Source: a virus
Lineage: Duplodnaviria > Heunggongvirae > Uroviricota > Caudoviricetes
Length of the DNA: 6,355 bases
IMG/VR virus record: IMGVR_UViG_2684622670_000003
Location: 1-6,355 of that record
Reading direction: 5' to 3' (one strand)
Below the pieces are notes generated by a model that saw only the letters and a list, made by a program, of their open reading frames with translations, did no database searches and was not told the origin of the DNA. Of this stretch, positions 1 through 5,335 are shown in pieces. The position numbers and the translations under genes are program-made. Positions within the stretch are counted from its first letter, which is position 1. Every line of letters starts with the position of its first letter.

Positions 1-532
1 CGTCCGCCACCTGATTGCGGACCGCCCACCAGGATAATTCAGCCAGAGATAATTCCCGCTCCTGTGTGCCATTCATTGCGTGACGAATGACGTCAATCAT
101 CCATGCTGACAAGTTTTGGTGAGCAAGTTGCTCAAGTGATTCGGAGGTCTGGTCACGCAACTGGTTGTCGCAGTGCCAGCACAACACCATTGCGCCGGTA
201 CCATAACGGTGAATGACGGTTTCACTGTGGTGATAATCGCCGTGTGGCCACTGGCAGGATTTAATATGGCGCAACAGCCAGTCAGACAATGCACCAGCAC
301 CACCAGCAGCACGAATCACCCGCTCATCGCTGAAAAATGGCAGTAATGATTTATCCTCAGCCAGCGGCTGGCGAACAGCAGGAACGACTCCGGACGGCAG
401 ACCGCGCATGCTTTTCGGTTCCGGCTCCACCAGCACTCGAGGGTTATGAAATACCTGCATGGATTCACGGCCCGGCTTTAGCACCACCAGCCCAAGTTCC
501 GGTACCGGAACAGGTCGAAGTAATACCCGCAC
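1..532 (-). CDS. Cys/His-rich prophage protein, N-terminal ~177 codons only (gene continues past the left edge); possible HNH/zinc-finger-like motif
   Basis: The third minus-strand frame is open from 607 to position 1; it is missing from the ORF track because it has no stop inside the window. GTG start at 532..530 is preceded by GGAGG (541..537) and lies 1 nt after the TAA stop (536..534) of the upstream 92-aa ORF. Translation begins VRVLLRPVPVPELGLVVLKPGRESMQVFHNPRVLVEPEP and contains CQWPHGDYHHSETVIHRYGTGAMVLCWHCDN. Codon usage is enterobacterial (ccg, ctg, ggt). The 71-aa track ORF 97..312 is an out-of-frame artefact inside this gene. Confidence 0.5.
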   Translation of the reverse strand, partial: MRVLLRPVPVPELGLVVLKPGRESMQVFHNPRVLVEPEPKSMRGLPSGVVPAVRQPLAEDKSLLPFFSDERVIRAAGGAGALSDWLLRHIKSCQWPHGDYHHSETVIHRYGTGAMVLCWHCDNQLRDQTSESLEQLAHQNLSAWMIDVIRHAMNGTQERELSLAELSWWAVRNQVAD

Positions 533-533
533 G

Positions 534-812
534 TTACCTCCAGATGCGTTGCTGGAATGTGCGGGACGGACGCGGTGAGCGCTCGGAGTACGGCAGCCTG
601 ACGTAGATTATCCAGTGACGATAATCGAGGCTGAGGGCTTTCCTAAACTCATACCCACGTCTGCGGTAGTTCTGAATCAGCCATTCGGCCTGTTCTTCAG
701 TGCATGGGTCGTGCTGGAACCAGTCAGATTTGAATGCATGAGAACGCCGCCCGTGCCTGCTGGCAAAGACGGCTGAATTATCAGAATTGTGTAGTCTGGA
801 ATTTTGCGCCAT
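534..812 (-). CDS. hypothetical prophage protein, 92 aa
   Basis: ORF track 534..812. ATG at 812 is preceded by GGAGAA (SD-like) about 7 nt upstream. The TAA stop sits inside the GGAGG-TAA-C-GTG junction with the next gene, suggesting translational coupling. The C-terminal 20 residues (RLPYSERSPRPSRTFQQRIWR) are low-complexity, so a frameshifted single larger gene cannot be excluded. Confidence 0.5.
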   Translation of the reverse strand: MAQNSRLHNSDNSAVFASRHGRRSHAFKSDWFQHDPCTEEQAEWLIQNYRRRGYEFRKALSLDYRHWIIYVRLPYSERSPRPSRTFQQRIWR

Positions 813-881
813 CGGTTTTCTCCGGTGGCACAGTGTTACTCAACAGGGGTTCAGCCCTGCGCTGAATTGTAGATGAATTCA

Positions 882-1139
882 CTAATCTTCAAAAGCAGAA
901 AAACCAGCCTTAATCCCAGCTTCTTTCAGAGACGGCAACGATGTGACAAATTCATTTGCACGCAAAATAAAACCATCCGTCACAAGCCCATCCACAAAAT
1001 GAATTAACGCAGCTCCACTCTTCCTTTGTTGAGACTGTAAACATTTAATACGGCAGTGGCTGACAATAGCGCCATTCTCAACGCGCACAGTATAGAGGCC
1101 ATCTTCACTAAAAATTTCACGTAATTCTTCGATTTTCAT
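882..1139 (-). CDS. hypothetical small prophage protein, 85 aa
   Basis: ORF track 882..1142 begins with TTG; I trimmed it to the adjacent ATG at 1139, which has GGAAGGA about 8 nt upstream. Sequence MKIEELREIFSEDGLYTVRVENGAIVSHCRIKC... I do not recognise it. It sits immediately downstream of hok, the position that rem occupies next to hokD in E. coli K-12 Qin (memory of gene order only). Confidence 0.55.
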   Translation of the reverse strand: MKIEELREIFSEDGLYTVRVENGAIVSHCRIKCLQSQQRKSGAALIHFVDGLVTDGFILRANEFVTSLPSLKEAGIKAGFSAFED

Positions 1140-1257
1140 CAACAGAATCCTTCCAGATAAATAGCACTCCCCTGTTCGGGGTCCATCCCTCTTCTCCCTG
1201 CGCGCTACTTAAGTATTTTTGATTCTATTCCGGCACAATCTAAAACTTCAAACGCGT

Positions 1258-1291
1258 TGAAAATAAAAACAAAAACCCGCCGAAGCGGGTT
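1258..1291 (-). terminator. Rho-independent terminator downstream of hok (minus strand)
   Basis: On the minus strand: ACCCGC-uucg-GCGGGU hairpin (plus-strand arms 1275..1280 and 1285..1290, loop 1281..1284) followed directly by TTTTTGTTTTTATTTT. It lies about 70 nt after the hok stop codon. Confidence 0.65.
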
Positions 1292-1359
1292 AAGTGCGGG
1301 TGCGTTGAGGATGCCTGACACATCAGAGGTGGCGAGGGATTTCTCCCCCGCCTGGTCTC

Positions 1360-1515
1360 TTACTCCTCAGGTTCGTAAGCTGTGAAGACAGCGACCTCCG
1401 TCTGGCCGGTTCGGATTCGTACCTCGCAGAGGTCTTTCCTCGTTACCAGTGCCGTCACTATGACGGTTAAACAGATGACGATCAGGGCGATTAACATCGC
1501 CTTTTGCTGCTTCAT
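1360..1515 (-). CDS. hokD: Hok/Gef-family type I toxin (small membrane-depolarising peptide), 51 aa
   Basis: Translation MKQQKAMLIALIVICLTVIVTALVTRKDLCEVRIRTGQTEVAVFTAYEPEE. It has the family layout: short basic N-terminus, one hydrophobic TM helix, then the conserved LCE[IV]R...EVA.F.AYE periplasmic tail. I recognise it as matching E. coli HokD (RelF). ATG at 1515 with AGGAGAAG 6 nt upstream. The ORF-track 70-aa version (to 1572) is an in-frame upstream extension. Confidence 0.85.
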   Translation of the reverse strand: MKQQKAMLIALIVICLTVIVTALVTRKDLCEVRIRTGQTEVAVFTAYEPEE

Positions 1516-1636
1516 AGCCTGCTTCTCCTTGCCTTTCGGCACGTAAGAGGCTAACCTACGTTTGTGAAGCATAGATTGGGCCTCAGATTAATGTTAAACG
1601 TCTTGCAGGACGCGTAATGTTAACTGGGGCTTTTCT

Positions 1637-1672
1637 CTATCTGCCGTTGGTGTTCATGCCCGAGGCAGATAG
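1637..1672 (-). promoter_or_regulatory. Perfect 9-bp inverted repeat (stem-loop) in the predicted hok mRNA leader
   Basis: Plus-strand CTATCTGCC (1637..1645) and GGCAGATAG (1664..1672) are exact reverse complements with an 18-nt loop. Not followed by a T-run on either strand, so it is a structural element rather than a terminator. Confidence 0.4.
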
Positions 1673-1690
1673 CCTCAAGCACCCGCAGCA

Positions 1691-1719
1691 ATTCTACTTA
1701 ACTCACGTCACCTCGCCAA
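1691..1719 (-). promoter_or_regulatory. Candidate sigma70 promoter for hok mRNA
   Basis: Minus strand TTGGCG (1719..1714), 17-nt spacer, TAGAAT (1696..1691). It would place the transcript start near 1684, giving a leader of ~170 nt and a transcript of ~400 nt to the terminator. Sequence-only prediction. Confidence 0.3.
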
Positions 1720-1726
1720 TATAAAA

Positions 1727-1816
1727 TCAATCAGAGAGGTGATTCATAAGAACGATAACAAGACAATAAATTGCCATTACTGCCACAATAGCCAGCGCAC
1801 ATTTCAGAACCAGCAC
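1727..1816 (-). CDS. Candidate 29-aa hydrophobic mini-protein (single predicted TM helix)
   Basis: GTG at 1816 is preceded by GGAGG (1826..1822) with a 5-nt spacer. Translation (M/V)LVLKCALAIVAVMAIYCLVIVLMNHLSD, stop TGA at 1729..1727. It is below the ORF-track size cut-off. A candidate promoter TTGAAG-17-CATATT (1882..1854) lies upstream. Not verified by homology. Confidence 0.3.
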   Translation of the reverse strand: MLVLKCALAIVAVMAIYCLVIVLMNHLSD

Positions 1817-2057
1817 GATGACCTCCCATATTTGACGTACACGCGCATGATTCAATATGTAGCAACCTATTTCTTGCTTCAATATAAAATCAGGTATTGT
1901 TGTATAACTATTTAACTAACTCCCTATCCCCACATCTCAGGCGCTCAACGTCTGTGTTCGGGGCGTTTTTTAATACCTTACCCCCAGCGGCAAATCGAAT
2001 ACACCACCAGCGCCACCGCCATTGCAATTCCTACCGTTGTGAATGCTTCAGGCCAGG

Positions 2058-2573
2058 TCATCGCAAAACATCCTCCGCGCTTATCAGTTCGTTCCGCTTC
2101 AGGTAGTCCATCGCCTTCTCCGGTAATTTGCAGTCTGGATTAGCTTTTTTCAGTTGACTGACCAGTCGTTTAACCCACATTGTTAATTCGCCAACCTGAT
2201 TACTGGATGCTAGTGGATTGTCGGCTTTACCCAGAATGACAGCACAGCAGGCCTCTTTGAGTACCCAATCAACAGCATCTTTCCATGCTCCTGTTTCGAC
2301 TGGTGGGTTCTCACGCTTTACCTGTTCATAAAAGCGCACGGCTTTAACCAGTCCTTCTGATATCACAGGGACTGGCGGGGTAGTGAATAAGGCCTGAATC
2401 TCATAGCCCGGCCTGTCGTTGCCCCCCTCTTTTGTCGGTACATATTTCCAGTCACCAACCCACATCTTCTCCTGAAAGTCCGTAACGCCTTTTTTCACGT
2501 AGCGATATCGCCATGCAACTGGTTTTGCCTGCCCTGCCGTTTCATGCCCTTCCTGATAATTAATCTCGCTCAT
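2058..2573 (-). CDS. hypothetical prophage protein, 171 aa
   Basis: ORF track. ATG at 2573 overlaps the TGA stop of the upstream 58-aa ORF (ATGA overlap). Sequence MSEINYQEGHETAGQAKPVAWRYRYVKKG...; no motif I can name. Confidence 0.6.
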   Translation of the reverse strand: MSEINYQEGHETAGQAKPVAWRYRYVKKGVTDFQEKMWVGDWKYVPTKEGGNDRPGYEIQALFTTPPVPVISEGLVKAVRFYEQVKRENPPVETGAWKDAVDWVLKEACCAVILGKADNPLASSNQVGELTMWVKRLVSQLKKANPDCKLPEKAMDYLKRNELISAEDVLR

Positions 2574-2746
2574 TCATCGCCCCACTCATCACAATATGCT
2601 TCGACCGGAGTTTTTCCTGCTTCGTAGTCATCACGCCAGGCTTCAGCATCAGCAGCACTTCCACCACGTAACTCTGCATAGTCTATTAACAGTTCATGCC
2701 ATTCTTCAAAACTGACGTTGTATTTAGTTGAACCAAAATCAGCCAT
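2570..2746 (-). CDS. small highly acidic protein, 58 aa (not in ORF track)
   Basis: My own translation of the minus strand: MADFGSTKYNVSFEEWHELLIDYAELRGGSAADAEAWRDDYEAGKTPVEAYCDEWGDE. ATG at 2746 with GAGGAAG about 7 nt upstream. The start overlaps the stop of the 60-aa ORF (ATGGCTGA) and the stop overlaps the start of the 171-aa ORF. 16 Asp/Glu against 4 Lys/Arg. Confidence 0.5.
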   Translation of the reverse strand: MADFGSTKYNVSFEEWHELLIDYAELRGGSAADAEAWRDDYEAGKTPVEAYCDEWGDE

Positions 2747-2921
2747 TTTGTTCTTCCTCTTCGTCTTTTATTTCGTGATATGAGTAATTGCAGTAGTTAA
2801 AGAAAATTTCTTTTGCTTCGTCATGAATTTCATCAGGTGTTGCGTCATCGTCCACTTCGAATACATCCTCAAAATCTCCACCAGCTATTCCCGTTTCAAT
2901 AATTATTTTGAATTTTCGCAT
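2739..2921 (-). CDS. small highly acidic protein, 60 aa
   Basis: ORF track. MRKFKIIIETGIAGGDFEDVFEVDDDATPDEIHDEAKEIFFNYCNYSYHEIKDEEEEQNG; 19 Asp/Glu against 5 Lys/Arg. ATG at 2921 has a weak SD. AT-rich coding sequence compared with its neighbours. Confidence 0.5.
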   Translation of the reverse strand: MRKFKIIIETGIAGGDFEDVFEVDDDATPDEIHDEAKEIFFNYCNYSYHEIKDEEEEQNG

Positions 2922-3014
2922 TTCACTACCGCCATTTCGAACGGCCTCCTGATGTTCTGAGGGTGCAGAAATCCCTCCGGTTAAGGATTAAATTTTTAAC
3001 AGTGCTAAATTTAA

Positions 3015-3371
3015 TTATTCAGTTCTTGATTTTGCCGCCCTGCGTATCCGCGCTTTCGCGTTACGCTCAATCTGAATTAGCTTTTCTATATTTCTCCGCC
3101 TTTCCCGCTCCTCCTGGCGCAAGAGCCTTACATCATCTGCCAGTCTGGTTTCTCTTTTCGCCACAGAGAGCATCCAGTCAAATGGCTCCACAACTGCACC
3201 GCAGATTTTACAGCGGACCTGACGCTCTTTTTCGTCAACACGGACAGAGGCGTGATGACAATATGGTCTTTCCGATGGCTCATAAAGAAAATTAACCTGA
3301 TTACGTGGGTCATCCTCTTTTACCGGAAATAAAACAATATTACTTAACTCATCTTCTGGTTTTATTTCCAT
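3015..3371 (-). CDS. hypothetical protein, 118 aa, with a Cys/His zinc-ribbon-like motif and a basic, probably coiled-coil C-terminus
   Basis: ORF track 3015..3428 begins with GTG; I trimmed it to ATG at 3371, which has AAGGAGAGGAG immediately upstream. Contains CHH...CKIC, then a Lys/Arg/Glu-rich tail (RLLRQEERERRRNIEKLIQIERNAKARIRRAAKSRTE). Confidence 0.6.
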   Translation of the reverse strand: MEIKPEDELSNIVLFPVKEDDPRNQVNFLYEPSERPYCHHASVRVDEKERQVRCKICGAVVEPFDWMLSVAKRETRLADDVRLLRQEERERRRNIEKLIQIERNAKARIRRAAKSRTE

Positions 3372-3428
3372 GCTCCTCTCCTTTGATGCGAATGCCAGCG
3401 ATAATTGAAGCCTGATAGCTAATTTCAC

Positions 3429-3851
3429 TCACAGTACCGCCTCCTGAAAATTACCCTGATAAAACGACAATATGCGCTGCATAACTTCGCTCTTCCGACA
3501 CTCGCGACAGATTATATTCAGGCGCCTGTCGTAGCGACGTATTTCTCCATCTGGTAATGACCATATAAGGTCAGGATCAACCACAACCAGTTTCTTTGAC
3601 TTTGCTTTCGACATCTTTTCGATGGCTTTCATCCAGTCCTTACGTGCCTGCTCTGAAGGAAATATTCCATACCCTGAGCCATATACAACACCACTGGCTA
3701 CCAGCTCTTTCGTCAGAACTTCTATCAGATGTCTCGTCGCCCCGGTTTCATTTTCCAGTTGTTTACGCGTTTTCCGCCCATCCCTGCGTACCAGTTCCAC
3801 AATGCGCGCCTTCACTTCTTCCCGCTCTTCCTGTGTAAATACTCTTGCCAT
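3429..3851 (-). CDS. hypothetical protein, 140 aa, N-terminal winged-helix-like segment
   Basis: ORF track 3429..3866 begins with TTG; I trimmed it to ATG at 3851, which has GGAGG 5 nt upstream. It starts 15 nt after the stop of the 256-aa gene. Sequence MARVFTQEEREEVKARIVELVRRDGRKTRKQLENETGATRHLIEVLTKELVASGVV... Confidence 0.6.
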   Translation of the reverse strand: MARVFTQEEREEVKARIVELVRRDGRKTRKQLENETGATRHLIEVLTKELVASGVVYGSGYGIFPSEQARKDWMKAIEKMSKAKSKKLVVVDPDLIWSLPDGEIRRYDRRLNIICRECRKSEVMQRILSFYQGNFQEAVL

Positions 3852-3866
3852 AAGTGCCTCCGGCAA

Positions 3867-4637
3867 TCACTTTTCCGACACAATACGACTGGAAGAATCG
3901 ACAATCTGTCGGACAATATCCCGGTGCTTGTTCAGCTCCCGCAACGCGGCGCAGACTCGCTCCCACTTCTGGACATGACTTTTCGCCCGACGCAGTTCGC
4001 GGTTTGCCATATGCAGCGATGGTAAAACCAGGTCATCCGCTCGCGTTTCGGTAAACGATGGTAGCGACTGCACAATGCCCGCCACAGTTTCTGTTTTAAT
4101 ATCTTCCTGTGTTGCCGCTTCCTGTACTGGTAACGCAACACCTGCTGGCTGAGGAAAGGCCTTACCATCATTTTCCGTTACCGGCACGGATTTCGGCTCT
4201 GCTGGTAACTTATCGCCCGGCATGCAGTAACGAAATTTACCGTTCTGATTAACGCGTGCCAGCCGCCCCGTTGCGGTTACCACCGCCAGCGTGGAAGCAA
4301 CCTTGCGAGTACTGACACCGAACTTACCCGCCAGTTCCTCACACGTTTTAGCCCCCTCCTGACCGATAAACTCAATCATCATGTCTGCGGTAACTTTTTG
4401 TTCGACCTCCCCGGTCAGCATATCCTGTGCTTCAGATTTTACTGGCCGCTCTTCGGTTACCCGGGATTCACCTTCGCCAGCCAGAAACCAGGTGTGACCA
4501 GTTTTATCAACGACGCCATTTCTTTTGAGTTCCCACAGCTCGTTCAGCACTTCTTCACTACTGATATCAAGTCGCGTAGCCAGTTCTACCGACGTGGCTT
4601 TTCCCATCGCTTTCAGTGCGTCAAAAACAGTCTCCAT
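3867..4637 (-). CDS. hypothetical prophage protein, 256 aa, with two tandem winged-helix-like segments and an acidic/Pro-rich linker
   Basis: ORF track. ATG at 4637 with GGGAGG 6 nt upstream, 32 nt after the P-like stop. Two similar segments (VELATRLDISSEEVLNELWELKRNGVV... and CEELAGKFGVSTRKVASTLAVVTATGRLARV...) suggest duplicated DNA-binding-type folds. Family name not verified. Confidence 0.7.
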   Translation of the reverse strand: METVFDALKAMGKATSVELATRLDISSEEVLNELWELKRNGVVDKTGHTWFLAGEGESRVTEERPVKSEAQDMLTGEVEQKVTADMMIEFIGQEGAKTCEELAGKFGVSTRKVASTLAVVTATGRLARVNQNGKFRYCMPGDKLPAEPKSVPVTENDGKAFPQPAGVALPVQEAATQEDIKTETVAGIVQSLPSFTETRADDLVLPSLHMANRELRRAKSHVQKWERVCAALRELNKHRDIVRQIVDSSSRIVSEK

Positions 4638-4669
4638 AAATTTCCTCCCGGTAAAAATTACTTCTCAAC

Positions 4670-5335
4670 TCAAACAAACCCAGCCGCTTTCCGGCGTTCA
4701 TATTCCTGTTTCAGCAACTCAATTGGCGTTGGTCCCAACGGGCGTTTTGGTGCCGCCAGTTGTCGCCGTACTGGCGGAACGCTCAGGCCGTTACTAACAT
4801 GCTTTGCCCATTTCGTCAGCTGCCGTTCTGCAAGCCGTTTTAATTCCCCTTCGGTCATCTGGCGTTCAATCCCCTTTGAACGCATCTCGAGGCAAATGTG
4901 ATACAGCACAGGCTGAGACCACGGGTACTTATCACTTCCGTCGTATCGCCAGGACTCATTGCGCCAGCGGCGGTACTCCTCCATCACAGCATCCACCGTC
5001 AGACCAAATGGATTGGCCCCGCTTTCCGAAATCAGCGCCACAAACTCAGCCAGGTCCGGAGGCCATGTTTCACCCGCCCGGCAGCGGTCCATGCACTCGC
5101 GGCAGACCTGCCGGATTTGCTGCTCAGTCATCGCGCCAATCTGTGCAATCCAGAGCTTCGAAGGTGCGGCCCCGTTCTTCTGGGTCCAGCGGTTCGAATA
5201 AACCTCCCCCATGAGTTCCCACAGCTTCCAGGCCGTTTCCGTCGCTGATAAATCCGTTTTCACGTTCCCACTGCTCACGTGCTGCCCGAATTTCCTGAAC
5301 TGCCCGTGATGCGGTGCCACCTGGTGCTGCTGCAT
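4670..5335 (-). CDS. phage replication protein P-like (helicase loader)
   Basis: ORF track. The C-terminal two-thirds resemble lambda P as I remember it (PDLAEFVALI..., YPWSQPVLYHICLEM..., LTEGELKRLAERQL...). ATG at 5335 has GGGGG 6 nt upstream and a TAA one codon further up. The start is uncertain because the first ~70 codons overlap the O-like ORF in another frame; internal ATGs at 5212 and 5131 are alternatives. Confidence 0.6.
   Translation of the reverse strand: MQQHQVAPHHGQFRKFGQHVSSGNVKTDLSATETAWKLWELMGEVYSNRWTQKNGAAPSKLWIAQIGAMTEQQIRQVCRECMDRCRAGETWPPDLAEFVALISESGANPFGLTVDAVMEEYRRWRNESWRYDGSDKYPWSQPVLYHICLEMRSKGIERQMTEGELKRLAERQLTKWAKHVSNGLSVPPVRRQLAAPKRPLGPTPIELLKQEYERRKAAGFV

Noticed and set aside
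97-312. 71-aa minus-strand ORF (MLLVVLVHCLTGCC...)
   Set aside because: It starts at GTG and lies wholly inside the longer Cys/His-rich frame that runs from 532 off the window edge. The composition is typical of an out-of-frame read.
1516-1572. 70-aa version of the hok ORF (start at ATG 1572) as the real toxin
   Set aside because: The Hok family is about 50 aa and the internal ATG at 1515 has a good SD. The in-frame extension is kept only as a possible mok-like upstream frame, discussed in the findings.
1560-1640. Sok-like antisense RNA gene on the plus strand
   Set aside because: I could not find a convincing -35/-10 pair with correct spacing, nor a plus-strand hairpin followed by a T-run. 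It is left as an open question rather than annotated.
1970-1981. GGGGCGTTTTTT on the plus strand as an intrinsic terminator
   Set aside because: No complementary upstream arm to form a stem, and no plus-strand gene for it to terminate.
1978-2022. 14-codon mini-ORF (MAVALVVYSICRWG) with an AGGA SD just downstream of the 171-aa gene
   Set aside because: Too short and unsupported to call. It could be a chance ORF in a GC-rich patch; there is no conservation evidence.
1573-2057. Possible relB/relE remnant upstream of hok, as in the E. coli K-12 relBEF operon
   Set aside because: No frame on either strand gives anything resembling RelB or RelE as I remember them. The region is AT-rich and essentially non-coding.
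3128-4171. Nested minus-strand ORFs 3128..3313 (61 aa), 3763..3966 (67 aa) and 3932..4171 (79 aa)
   Set aside because: They sit in alternative frames inside the 118-, 140- and 256-aa genes, with no SD and with Arg/Cys-rich odd composition. They are most likely frame artefacts.
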